Of a stretch of 64,000 nt of DNA, positions 55,783-64,000 are shown piece after piece (the first letter of the stretch is position 1; every line of letters starts with the position of its first letter). Made by a program: the position numbers and the translations under genes. The notes below the pieces were generated by a model. It saw only the letters and a program-made list of their open reading frames with translations. It was not told the origin of the DNA and did not search any database. Location: positions 366,091 to 430,090 of the forward strand of contig CAWGLD010000005.1 in assembly GCA_963823335.1 (NCBI GenBank), written 5' to 3'. Source of the DNA: an uncultured delta proteobacterium. Lineage in GTDB: Bacteria > Desulfobacterota > Desulfobacteria > Desulfobacterales > B30-G6.

Positions 55783-55821
55783 GCTGTAAGCGATAAGCTG
55801 CTTAAGGCTTACAGCTTATAC
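55773..55821. repeat. Family B hairpin (AAGCTGTAAGC 55781-55791 / GCTTACAGCTT 55807-55817) starting inside the coaBC stop codon
   Basis: Perfect 11-bp stem read directly. Confidence 0.8.
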
Positions 55822-55833
55822 CCGGAGAGCCAA

Positions 55834-56559
55834 ATGATTGCAAAAACCACACGTTTAAAAAGAGAGATGAAAAACAAGGCCCTGGCTTCCGTACTCGACG
55901 ACATCGGCAACACACTTCAGTTTATGGCCGATGCGGGATGTCGGGGATTTGAATGCGATGCCTCCCATCATGATATGGTACGCAACTGGGGTGGTCATGG
56001 TTTGGCCCGTCCGGAGTCACTGAGCGATATTGAAGGTGAGTTGAAAGACTGTCGGCGCTGCGGGCTTTCGAGCAAGCGGACACAGATTGTGTTTGGTGAC
56101 GGGTGTGAGCAGGCCAGACTCGTATTTGTGGGAGAAGGACCCGGGTATGAAGAGGACAAACAGGGCAAACCCTTTGTGGGGGCGGCAGGCAAGCTTTTAA
56201 ACCGGATCCTGGAAGCGATGCATCTTTCCCGGGAAGATGTCTATATCTGCAATATTGTAAAATGTCGTCCGCCAAACAACCGAAATCCCAAGCCGGATGA
56301 GATATCCACATGTGTGCCGTTTCTGGAACGCCAGATAAAGTCCATTCAACCCGAATGTGTCTGTGCCCTTGGAAAGTTTGCAGCGCAGACCCTTCTCCAG
56401 ACCGAAGAACCGATATCCAGACTCAGGGGGCGGTTTCAAGCGTATCAAGGGATCCCTCTTATGCCGACCTATCATCCTGCCTATCTATTGCGGAATCCGG
56501 GAAGCAAGCGTGATGTCTGGAATGACATGCAGCAGATCATGCAGCGCTTAAGTCTCTAA
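55834..56559 (+). CDS. Uracil-DNA glycosylase, family 4
   Basis: 'GEGPGYEEDKQGKPFVGAAG.LL' and 'HPAYLLR' motifs. About 60-aa N-terminal extension. Confidence 0.88.
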   Translation: MIAKTTRLKREMKNKALASVLDDIGNTLQFMADAGCRGFECDASHHDMVRNWGGHGLARPESLSDIEGELKDCRRCGLSSKRTQIVFGDGCEQARLVFVGEGPGYEEDKQGKPFVGAAGKLLNRILEAMHLSREDVYICNIVKCRPPNNRNPKPDEISTCVPFLERQIKSIQPECVCALGKFAAQTLLQTEEPISRLRGRFQAYQGIPLMPTYHPAYLLRNPGSKRDVWNDMQQIMQRLSL

Positions 56560-56595
56560 AATGATCTTTTTCTTTTCCGGTTTATCCGGGTTGGG
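56558..56595. repeat. Family D tail copy ('AAAATGATCTTTTTCTTTTCCGGTTTATCCGGGTTGGG') abutting the nfeD SD
   Basis: Near-identical to 60433-60468. Confidence 0.8.
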
Positions 56596-56607
56596 AAGGA
56601 GTGTCTC

Positions 56608-57885
56608 ATGAAAATATCGCACTGTATTCGCCTTTCCCTGATACTGGTATTGTTGTCCGCCGGCATTTCATCCGCCGGTAGCGGCGAAATTATTATCATA
56701 CCGGTTTCGGACGCCATTGGGCCTGGCGTCGCTGATTTTGTAACACGCGGTATTGCCCGCGCGGACGACCAGAACGCAGCCTGTGTCGTCATCGAACTCG
56801 ATACACCCGGCGGTCTGGCAGATGCCATGCGCGAAATTGTAATGGCCACATATGCTGCAAAAACACCTGTAGTTGTCTTTGTATCGCCAAGCGGTGCCAG
56901 AGCGGCTTCAGCGGGGGTCATGATAACCATGGCGGCCGACATTGCGGCCATGGCACCTGGTACCAATATTGGGGCGGCGCACCCGGTGGCAAGCGGCGGC
57001 AAGGAGATCGGGGGCATCATGTCGGAAAAGGTCACAAACGATATGGTGGCGTATGTGAAAAGTATCGCGGAAAAAAGGGGCCGCAATGTGGAATGGGCGG
57101 AAAAGGCTGTTCGCGAGAGTGTGTCGGTAACCGAAAACGAGGCTCTTGAAAACAATATCATCGATATCGTCGCAAAAGACATGGACGATCTTGTTCGACA
57201 GCTCGACGGTTACAGTGTAGAGGGTAAGGGAGATTTGCAACTGTCGGGTGCCATGCGAAACCGGCTCAAGGAGAGTATTCGCACAAAAATACTAAAAACC
57301 ATCAGTGACCCAAACATCGCCTATATTCTGATGATGATCGGACTGGCCGGGCTCTATTTTGAACTCTCGCATCCAGGTGCGATTTTCCCCGGCGTGGTGG
57401 GGGGCATTGCCCTCATCCTGGCCTTTTTTTCCTTCCAGACACTTCCGGTGAACACAGCCGGTATCTTGTTGATTTTTCTTTCCATTATATTCTTTATATT
57501 GGAAATAAAAGTCGTCAGCTATGGGCTCTTGAGCATTGCCGGTGTGGTGTGCCTGCTTTTGGGCTCCCTCATGATGTTTGAAGGGGAGGGACCCCAGTCA
57601 CAGCTGTCATGGCATGTATTGATTCCGACCCTGCTTATTGTCTCTGCCTTTTTTGTCACCTTGGCAAGTCTGGCTTTCAAGGCACAGGTGTCGCCCCCAC
57701 GAACCGGGGGAGATGGCCTGGTTAGAGAAATAGGTATTGTCAAAAAGCGTATCGACCCGCAGGGAAAGGTCCTGATTCATGGTGAGCTTTGGTATGCACG
57801 GGCCAAAGAACCGATCGAAGAAGATGAACAGGTTCGTGTGGTGGCTGTTGAAGACCTGGTACTGAATGTCGAACGCATTAAATAG
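56608..57885 (+). CDS. NfeD-family membrane-bound ClpP-class serine protease
   Basis: ClpP-like N-domain ('DTPGG', 'GARAASAG'), central TM block, C-terminal OB-like NfeD domain ('G.V.I.GE.W.A'). Confidence 0.88.
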   Translation: MKISHCIRLSLILVLLSAGISSAGSGEIIIIPVSDAIGPGVADFVTRGIARADDQNAACVVIELDTPGGLADAMREIVMATYAAKTPVVVFVSPSGARAASAGVMITMAADIAAMAPGTNIGAAHPVASGGKEIGGIMSEKVTNDMVAYVKSIAEKRGRNVEWAEKAVRESVSVTENEALENNIIDIVAKDMDDLVRQLDGYSVEGKGDLQLSGAMRNRLKESIRTKILKTISDPNIAYILMMIGLAGLYFELSHPGAIFPGVVGGIALILAFFSFQTLPVNTAGILLIFLSIIFFILEIKVVSYGLLSIAGVVCLLLGSLMMFEGEGPQSQLSWHVLIPTLLIVSAFFVTLASLAFKAQVSPPRTGGDGLVREIGIVKKRIDPQGKVLIHGELWYARAKEPIEEDEQVRVVAVEDLVLNVERIK

Positions 57886-58015
57886 AGGGTTCAAGGGTCT
57901 GAGGGTGATACAAGGGTTCAAGGGTGGCTGATGGCTTATAGCAGATAGCAGCATCCCAGCTTCCAGGCATCATTGCTTCCCAGCATACAAGGGTCCAAGG
58001 ATCCAGGGACTGAAG
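57886..58015. repeat. Composite family C/B repeat block in the nfeD-SPFH spacer
   Basis: 'gggttcaagggtctgagggtgatacaagggttcaagggtgg', then 'ctgatggcttatagcagatagcagc', then 'caagggtccaaggatccaggg'. Confidence 0.7.
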
Positions 58016-58054
58016 TCAAGAAATAACCGTCCATACAACCAAAGGAGAATTATC

Positions 58055-58807
58055 ATGTTATCGATAACAACCATTGCCATCATCGTACTGGTCATCTTTT
58101 TTTTGTCGGCCTCCTTGAAGATTTTGAACGAGTATGAACGGGCCGTAATTTTCAGGTTGGGGCGTGTTATCACGGCCAAGGGTCCGGGCCTGATAATACT
58201 AATCCCGGTGATCGATAAAATGGTGAGGGTCAGCCTGAGGCTCATCGTTATGGATGTCGATCCTCAGGACGTCATCACCCGAGATAATGTTTCCGTCAAA
58301 GTGAATGCCGTTATATATTTTCGGGTTATCGATTCAACCAAAGCCATCATAGAGGTAGAAGATTTTAGCTATGCCATGTCACAGCTTGCACAGACCACCA
58401 TTCGAAGTGTTTGCGGGCAGGCTGAACTGGATGAGCTATTGGCGGAAAGAGACAAAATCAATGCAGAACTTCAAGAAATTCTCGACACCCATACAGATCC
58501 CTGGGGGATCAAGGTTGCGACGGTTGAGTTGAAGCATATTGATCTGCCCCAGGAGATGCAGCGCGCCATGGCCCGCCAGGCAGAAGCCGAGAGGGAGCGG
58601 CGGGCCAAGATTATCAATGCCGAGGGCGAATTCCAAGCCGCGGCAAAACTGGCCGAAGCGAGTGAAATCATTTCCGAGCACCCGGTGGCGCTGCAGTTGC
58701 GATACCTGCAGACCGTGAATGAAATGTCGACCGAAAGCAATACCACCACCATTTTTCCCATTCCCATTGATTTGTTTAAGCCATTTCTCAAATTGATGGA
58801 CAAATAA
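58055..58807 (+). CDS. SPFH/Band 7 (stomatin-like, slipin) protein
   Basis: '[12 protein letters not shown]', '[16 protein letters not shown]', '[21 protein letters not shown]'. Confidence 0.92.
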   Translation: MLSITTIAIIVLVIFFLSASLKILNEYERAVIFRLGRVITAKGPGLIILIPVIDKMVRVSLRLIVMDVDPQDVITRDNVSVKVNAVIYFRVIDSTKAIIEVEDFSYAMSQLAQTTIRSVCGQAELDELLAERDKINAELQEILDTHTDPWGIKVATVELKHIDLPQEMQRAMARQAEAERERRAKIINAEGEFQAAAKLAEASEIISEHPVALQLRYLQTVNEMSTESNTTTIFPIPIDLFKPFLKLMDK

Positions 58808-58826
58808 ATTCGCTGCACGAATTTAT
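58804..58826. repeat. AT-rich hairpin ATAAATTCG-ctgca-CGAATTTAT containing the SPFH stop codon (family G, single-hairpin form)
   Basis: 'caaataaattcgctgcacgaatttat' versus 20361-20386 'caaataaattcgctgcgcgaatttat'. Confidence 0.8.
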
Positions 58827-58940
58827 AGAACGCGATTTCGTCACTCTATTTCTAACCTTCACTATTGACATCGACAGAAATTAACGATTAGTAGAGAAGG
58901 TTTTTGTGGACAACAGCTTGTGAAAGGAGCGCGAAAGAAA

Positions 58941-59267
58941 ATGACCGAAGAAACGATGGAAAATTTGAAGAAACCCCTGAATAAAATGACCGTAAAGGAA
59001 CTTCGCGAAGTTGCTCTGGAATTGCCACAGATCACCGGTGTGCATGGCATGAATAAGGCGGAGCTGCTGGCAGCCGTCAAAGAAGCCAAAGGTATCGAGG
59101 ACACGCCTGTCAAAAAGGCATCTGCAACCGTAGGTGATCTTAAAAACCAGATAAAAAGTTTTAAAGAAAAGCGTGAATCAGCATTGAGGGAAAAGAATGC
59201 AAAAATGGCAGGCATTTACCGCCGCCGTATCTCACGACTGAAAAAGAAGTCGCGTCGCGTGGCCTAA
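58941..59267 (+). CDS. Small basic protein with a Rho_N/SAP-like helix-hairpin domain
   Basis: 'MTVKELREVALEL.I.G...MNKAELLAAV' resembles the Rho N-terminal domain. Lys/Arg-rich tail. Confidence 0.55.
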   Translation: MTEETMENLKKPLNKMTVKELREVALELPQITGVHGMNKAELLAAVKEAKGIEDTPVKKASATVGDLKNQIKSFKEKRESALREKNAKMAGIYRRRISRLKKKSRRVA

Positions 59268-59283
59268 AAAGTCGAATCCTACA

Positions 59284-60225
59284 ATGAAAGAGCTGATTCA
59301 ATCGTTTATTGCTGTGCTTTCCACGGCCAAAGGATATTCGGAGAACACCTGCCGCTCCTACCGGAGTGATCTGTTTGAATTTGCGGATATCATCAAACAT
59401 ATCGGGCTTTCAGATACGACATCACGCAGAATGCCTCAATCCGAAACCCTGGCGCCTGACGCTGTTACGGGAATTGCTCTCCGCGGATATCTCGGGCATC
59501 TGCATCAACACTGCAAGAAATCGACGATTGCTCGAAAATTGTCGGCGGTCCGATCGTTTTACCGTTATCTTGTCAAACACGAATATATCGATGTCAACCC
59601 TTCGGATGCGGTTCAGACACCCAAGCAGGATCAACCCATTCCAACATATCTGCCCATCGATGATATGTTCAGGCTCCTGGCTTCGGTCAAGACGGATACG
59701 CTGCTGGGCTTGCGCAATCGTGCCATGTTCGAAACGCTCTACTCCACTGGTATCCGGGTATCGGAATTGGCTGGACTCAATATCCAGGATATCGATTTTC
59801 ATGAACACGTCATCCGGGTAAAGGGCAAGGGCGGACATGAACGAATGGTGCCCATCGGCAAGACCGCCCTTGTGTCCATCGAGACCTATCGAAAGGGGAT
59901 TGAATGTAAAGACCGGGCCGGCCAATTTCAAGCGGAAACGATCTCGGGCGGCCCACTTTTTTTGAACAAATTCAATACCCGTCTTTCAGTGCGATCGATT
60001 GCACGCATACTTGAAAAAGCTACCCGGGAGTGCGGGATCGCCATCCCTGTATCACCACATGCATTTCGTCACACGTTTGCAACACATATGTTGGATGCCG
60101 GTGCTGATCTGAGGGTCGTGCAGGAGTTGCTGGGTCATAAGAGCCTGTCTACGACGCAGAAGTATACCCATGTCAGCATCGACAGGTTGATGGAGGCGTA
60201 TGACAAGGCGCATCCCAGAAAATGA
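59284..60225 (+). CDS. xerC: Tyrosine site-specific recombinase XerC/XerD family
   Basis: 'HAFRHTFATHMLDAGADLRVVQELLGHKSLSTTQKYTHV' with the catalytic R..HxxR..Y. The XerC versus XerD assignment is tentative. Confidence 0.85.
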   Translation: MKELIQSFIAVLSTAKGYSENTCRSYRSDLFEFADIIKHIGLSDTTSRRMPQSETLAPDAVTGIALRGYLGHLHQHCKKSTIARKLSAVRSFYRYLVKHEYIDVNPSDAVQTPKQDQPIPTYLPIDDMFRLLASVKTDTLLGLRNRAMFETLYSTGIRVSELAGLNIQDIDFHEHVIRVKGKGGHERMVPIGKTALVSIETYRKGIECKDRAGQFQAETISGGPLFLNKFNTRLSVRSIARILEKATRECGIAIPVSPHAFRHTFATHMLDAGADLRVVQELLGHKSLSTTQKYTHVSIDRLMEAYDKAHPRK

Positions 60226-60334
60226 CTTGCACAGGCCGGAGGCTTCCATATGCTGCGTTACTAAGGGTTCGGAGTAAAGAACTACGCCTTCACCCATAGA
60301 TGCCTTGCCTATGAAAGCCTCCGACCCGTGCAAG
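60226..60334. repeat. Long imperfect inverted repeat / 109-nt hairpin directly after the xerC stop
   Basis: 60226-60245 'cttgcacaggccggaggctt' versus 60315-60334 'aagcctccgacccgtgcaag' (18 of 20), extendable by ~7 bp. A second hairpin (ACTTAAT..ATTAAGT) plus 'TTATTTT' follows at 60335-60378. Confidence 0.7.
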
Positions 60335-60387
60335 ACTTAATCTCTTAACTGTGACTGTAAGGAATTAAGTTTATTTTGGATTTGCGG

Positions 60388-60468
60388 TTCATGGTCTTTT
60401 TCGTGATTTTGACCTTTCGTGATTTCGTAATAATAGATCTTTTTCTTTTGCGGTTTATCCGGGTTGGG
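60388..60468. repeat. Family D element, right arm plus tail
   Basis: 'ttcatggtctttttcgtgattttgacctttcgtgatttcgtaataatagatctttttcttttgcggtttatccgggttggg'. Confidence 0.85.
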
Positions 60469-60505
60469 TGATGCTTGCATATAGATTACAACAAGGGTGT
60501 ATAAG

Positions 60506-61714
60506 ATGTATAAAGAGATGACAAGTCAGGATCTGCGGCATACGGCTGACGCCGTTATGATGAACACATACAATCGTTTTCCCTTGGTTTTGGTAAAGGG
60601 TAAGGGCTGTGTTGTCTGGGATATGGAAGGTCGATCCTACAGAGATTTCATTGCAGGTATTGCAGTCTGCAATCTGGGTCACGCCCATCCGGTTGTTTCA
60701 GAGGCATTACGAAAGCAGGCGGAATCTCTGTGGCATGTTTCCAATTTGTATTACACACTGCCCCAGACAGCATTGGCCGACTGGTTGACGGAGCACAGTT
60801 TTGCGGACCGTGTTTTCTTCTGCAATAGCGGTGCAGAGGCCAATGAGGCTGCCATAAAATTGTGCCGCAAATATTTCTATGACCGTGGTGAGAAGGGAAG
60901 ATACCGCATTATTTCCATGACCCAATCATTTCATGGTCGGACCATGGCAGCACTTTCCGCCACAGGACAAGACAAGATCAAAGAGGGGTTCGACCCGGTT
61001 CTGGAAGGCTTTGACTTTGTTCCCTTTGATGACCTGGATGCTTTGAAACAGAAAATGGATTCATCGACGGCGGCAATCATGCTGGAACCTGTTCAGGGGG
61101 AGGGCGGCGTTCGCGTTCCATCACCGGGTTATCTGCAAGCGGTTCGAAAACTCTGCGATGACAGCGGAACACTGCTGGTGTTTGATGAAATACAAACAGG
61201 TATGGGGCGTACCGGAAAGCTGTTCGCATATGAACATTTTGGCATTGCGCCTGATGTCATGTCTCTGGCAAAAGCACTGGGAAACGGTCTGCCTATCGGC
61301 GCGATACTAGCCAGGGAGCGAATCGCCTCGGCATTCTCACCAGGTGCACATGCCACCACTTTTGGTGGGACGCCGATTGTTACAGCCGTCGCCCTCGCGG
61401 TTGTCAAGACCATGGAAGCGGAAAATATTTCAGCGCATAGTGCGCATGTAGGTTCCTATTTAAAAATGAAATTACAATCGCTTCAGGAAAAGCACCCGCT
61501 TATTGAAGATGTCCGGGGCTTGGGACTTCTCATCGGAATGGAACTGAAGATAAAGGCCGACGCCCTGGTGAAAGCGTGCATGGCAAGAGGCTTTCTGGTT
61601 AATTGCATTCAAGAATCGATCCTGAGGTTTGCGCCACCGCTTGTTGTTCAGAAGGCTGATATCGATGCGTTGGTGGACTGCCTGGATGATGTGTTATCCG
61701 AAGTGACTGTGTAA
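60506..61714 (+). CDS. argD: Acetylornithine aminotransferase
   Basis: 'NTYNRFPLVLVKGKG..VWD..G..Y.DF..GIAV..LGH.HP', 'DEIQTGMGRTGK', 'AKALGNG.PIGA'. Start is uncertain (GTG 60497, ATG 60506 or ATG 60518). Confidence 0.9.
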   Translation: MYKEMTSQDLRHTADAVMMNTYNRFPLVLVKGKGCVVWDMEGRSYRDFIAGIAVCNLGHAHPVVSEALRKQAESLWHVSNLYYTLPQTALADWLTEHSFADRVFFCNSGAEANEAAIKLCRKYFYDRGEKGRYRIISMTQSFHGRTMAALSATGQDKIKEGFDPVLEGFDFVPFDDLDALKQKMDSSTAAIMLEPVQGEGGVRVPSPGYLQAVRKLCDDSGTLLVFDEIQTGMGRTGKLFAYEHFGIAPDVMSLAKALGNGLPIGAILARERIASAFSPGAHATTFGGTPIVTAVALAVVKTMEAENISAHSAHVGSYLKMKLQSLQEKHPLIEDVRGLGLLIGMELKIKADALVKACMARGFLVNCIQESILRFAPPLVVQKADIDALVDCLDDVLSEVTV

Positions 61715-61748
61715 ACTAAGATCTTGGAAATATCGAAAGGCATAAAAA

Positions 61749-63134
61749 ATGGCCGAAAAACTCTGGGACGGCAGATTTTCTGAAAAAACCAGTCGAAGTG
61801 TTGAACGTTTTACGTCTTCCATAAACGTTGACAGCCGTTTGTACCCATATGACATTGAAGGGAGTATTGCCCATTGCAAAACCCTGGCAAAAGCGGGGAT
61901 TATAACCGACGATGAATCCTCGACCCTTATTCAAGGACTCGGTGTTGTCAAACGGGAGATCGCCCACGGAAAGTTCCTGTTCGACGATGCTCTGGAAGAT
62001 ATTCACATGCACATCGAGACCCGACTTTTACAGGAAGTGGGCAAGGTTGCCCAGAAACTGCACACAGCTAGAAGCCGGAATGACCAGGTTGCCCTGGATG
62101 TACGCATGTTTCTGCGAGACAAGACGCGCCAGACGATATTGCACCTGACAACACTTTGTCGCACGCTGGTCGATATGGCCAGGATCCACATCGACGTGAT
62201 CATGCCGGGCTATACCCATCTGCAGCATGCCCAACCGGTGCTGTTTAGCCACCACCTCATGGCGTATTATGAAATGTTCAAACGTGACGGTGAACGGTTT
62301 CGAGAGGCTTTGGAGCGAATCGATGTCATGCCATTGGGTGCTGCAGCGCTTGCGGGTACGACCTATCCCATAGACCGCCACTACACCGCCCAGTTATTGG
62401 CATTCAGCCGCGTATCCCCCAACAGCATGGATGCGGTTTCGGACAGGGATTTTATTCTGGAATATCTTGCCCATGCCAGCATCTGTATGGTTCACTTCAG
62501 CAGGTTGTCAGAAGAATTTATCCTGTGGTCATCTTCTGAGTTCAGCTTTATCGAGATACCGGACGCCTTTGCTACGGGCAGCAGTATCATGCCGCAGAAA
62601 AAAAATCCTGACGTCCCCGAACTGGTCAGGGGTAAAACCGGTGGCGTTTTTGGTGATTTGCTGACTGTGTTGACATTGATGAAATCGCTACCTCTCACTT
62701 ACAACAGAGACATGCAGGAAGACAAGCTGCCGCTTTTTCGATCTGTCGATACGCTGTGTGACTGCATTGAAATCTATATCGGGATGTTGCCGAACATACA
62801 GGTCAACAAAGAACGCATGCTGCAGGCTGCATCGGTTGGGTTTCTCAATGCAACCGATTTAGCGGATTATCTGGTGGGTAAGGGCATGACCTTTAGAGAG
62901 GCTCATGGATCTGTCGGAAAAGCCGTTGGTTTTGCGCTTCAACAAGGAAAAGAACTCAATGAGCTTTCCTTGAAAGAACTGAAAAACTTTTCATCACTGA
63001 TCGACGGTGATGTTTTTTCATACATCGCCATGGATCAGGTGATCGGCAGACGGACATCTTTTGGCGGGACAGCCAAACAGAATGTGATGGAGCAGATTGC
63101 GAAAGCGGAAAATGAGATCACGGATGCGAAATAA
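61749..63134 (+). CDS. argH: Argininosuccinate lyase
   Basis: 'LWDGRF', 'HTARSRNDQV', 'PGYTHLQ.AQP', 'GSSIMPQKKNPD'. Confidence 0.93.
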   Translation: MAEKLWDGRFSEKTSRSVERFTSSINVDSRLYPYDIEGSIAHCKTLAKAGIITDDESSTLIQGLGVVKREIAHGKFLFDDALEDIHMHIETRLLQEVGKVAQKLHTARSRNDQVALDVRMFLRDKTRQTILHLTTLCRTLVDMARIHIDVIMPGYTHLQHAQPVLFSHHLMAYYEMFKRDGERFREALERIDVMPLGAAALAGTTYPIDRHYTAQLLAFSRVSPNSMDAVSDRDFILEYLAHASICMVHFSRLSEEFILWSSSEFSFIEIPDAFATGSSIMPQKKNPDVPELVRGKTGGVFGDLLTVLTLMKSLPLTYNRDMQEDKLPLFRSVDTLCDCIEIYIGMLPNIQVNKERMLQAASVGFLNATDLADYLVGKGMTFREAHGSVGKAVGFALQQGKELNELSLKELKNFSSLIDGDVFSYIAMDQVIGRRTSFGGTAKQNVMEQIAKAENEITDAK

Positions 63135-63573
63135 ATCTTTGGGCCGATTAACCGCACATCATATGGTTTTGATATGGATCCTGATGGTATTTGGGGTGTC
63201 AGGCTGCGGTATCAAGGGATCGCCCGTCCCGCCTGTTTATGAAAAACCTCCTGCTGTGAGCGAGCTGCACTATCAGGTGTCCGGCAACCAGCTCAATCTG
63301 ACCTGGTCCGTTCCTCCAGTGCAGCCAACCGGCAACTCTACCGTGGCCGGTGCGAAAGTGTTCCGCTTGAAGCAGCCATTAAAGAACGTGGCCTGCCAGG
63401 ACTGTACACGGAAATATATGTTAATGAGCAAGATCCCGGCTCGCTCTGGAACCATGCAATTTCAAGATACGATGGACAAAGGGTTTGCGTACTACTATAA
63501 AATCGTTTTATACGACGCAGGAAATCATGACGGCGAGAGCTCCAATGTCATCCGTATTGAGAGCAGTAAATGA
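63124..63573 (+). CDS. Lipoprotein with an LptM/LppL-like N-terminal lipopeptide and an extra ~110-aa domain
   Basis: Lipobox 'VSGCGIKGSPVPP' (cf. LptM 'GCGLKGPLY.P'). Sits directly upstream of lysA, as lppL/lptM does in many proteobacteria. Confidence 0.5.
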   Translation: MRNKSLGRLTAHHMVLIWILMVFGVSGCGIKGSPVPPVYEKPPAVSELHYQVSGNQLNLTWSVPPVQPTGNSTVAGAKVFRLKQPLKNVACQDCTRKYMLMSKIPARSGTMQFQDTMDKGFAYYYKIVLYDAGNHDGESSNVIRIESSK

Positions 63574-63600
63574 AACAGAAATATAGGACTTTCGCAAAGA

Positions 63601-63643
63601 AGCGACAACGTCGCGCATGATAAATTCGTGAAACGAATTTATT
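63601..63643. repeat. Family G double-hairpin element (GCGACAACGTCGC + ATAAATTCGT-gaa-ACGAATTTAT) upstream of lysA
   Basis: Read directly. Confidence 0.8.
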
Positions 63644-63655
63644 AAGGATAAAATA

Positions 63656-64000
63656 ATGCACCATTTCAATTATCGAGAAGATACCCTGTTTTGTGAGAAT
63701 GTTTCCATAAAGGATATTGCTGAGGATGTGGGAACACCTTTTTACCTTTACAGCCACGCCACCATCAAGCGGCACTTTCTCATATTTGATGGTGCTTTCG
63801 ATGGGATTGATAGACTGATCTGTTACTCGGCCAAGGCCAATTCAAATCTGGCCGTATTGACGCTTTTGGCGAATCTGGGTGCAGGTCTTGATATTGTTTC
63901 CGGTGGAGAACTCTATAAAGGATTGAAAGCCGGTTTCCCGGCCGATCGAATTGTCTATTCAGGCGTTGGAAAACGTGTCGATGAAATTGATTTTGCCTTG
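63656..64000 (+). CDS. lysA: Diaminopimelate decarboxylase (N-terminal 115 aa; continues beyond the window)
   Basis: 'GTPFYLYS', 'YSAKANSNLAVL..L...G.G.D.VSGGEL'. Confidence 0.9.
   Translation, partial: MHHFNYREDTLFCENVSIKDIAEDVGTPFYLYSHATIKRHFLIFDGAFDGIDRLICYSAKANSNLAVLTLLANLGAGLDIVSGGELYKGLKAGFPADRIVYSGVGKRVDEIDFAL

Noticed and set aside
59284-60225. Tyrosine recombinase as a marker of an integrated mobile element or genomic island
   Set aside because: The sequence is a canonical XerC/XerD-type chromosome-dimer resolvase. Its neighbours are housekeeping genes (SPFH, argD). There is no adjacent tRNA, and I saw no direct repeats or phage/plasmid genes.
3877-63643. Possibility that the dispersed short repeats represent CRISPR arrays
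   Set aside because: No array of identical repeats with regular unique spacers is present. Copies are scattered, degenerate and self-complementary, and no cas genes are in the window.

Overview
This 64-kb window is a chromosomal segment that is densely coding (about 60 genes) and almost entirely housekeeping. Identifiable genes and modules include:
- ispD, pyrD, purB, leuS, rpsT, murJ, ftsB, coaBC, topA, dprA, rng and xerC
- an ilvB-ilvN-ilvC-cimA-leuA operon
- yajC-secD-secF
- argD-argH-(lipoprotein)-lysA
- an OmpR-type RR/HK/DegP envelope module
- an NfeD/SPFH pair

Gene content and style (citramalate route, HD-GYP and PilZ signalling, Tat-exported peptidase) suggest a deltaproteobacterium or Desulfobacterota-like organism. 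That assignment is inference only. I saw no rRNA, tRNA, CRISPR array, transposase or prophage.

Points worth a second look:
1. A membrane-anchored protein whose G domain looks specifically like eukaryotic EHD ATPases. It is divergently paired with a zinc-ribbon/coiled-coil protein, a B12-radical-SAM enzyme and a hydrolase.
2. An unannotated 32-codon Ile/Leu/Val-rich leader ORF, with terminator and antiterminator, upstream of ilvB.
3. A WYL-regulator-led, translationally coupled operon (aminotransferase, omega-amidase, SprT/DUF2786 protease).
4. A solitary Mrr-type, probably modification-dependent, restriction endonuclease.
5. At least seven families of short hairpin-forming 'word' repeats fill nearly every intergenic spacer. 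In several cases they supply stop codons or C-termini of genes.

All functional calls rest on motif recognition from the translated ORFs, not on database searches.
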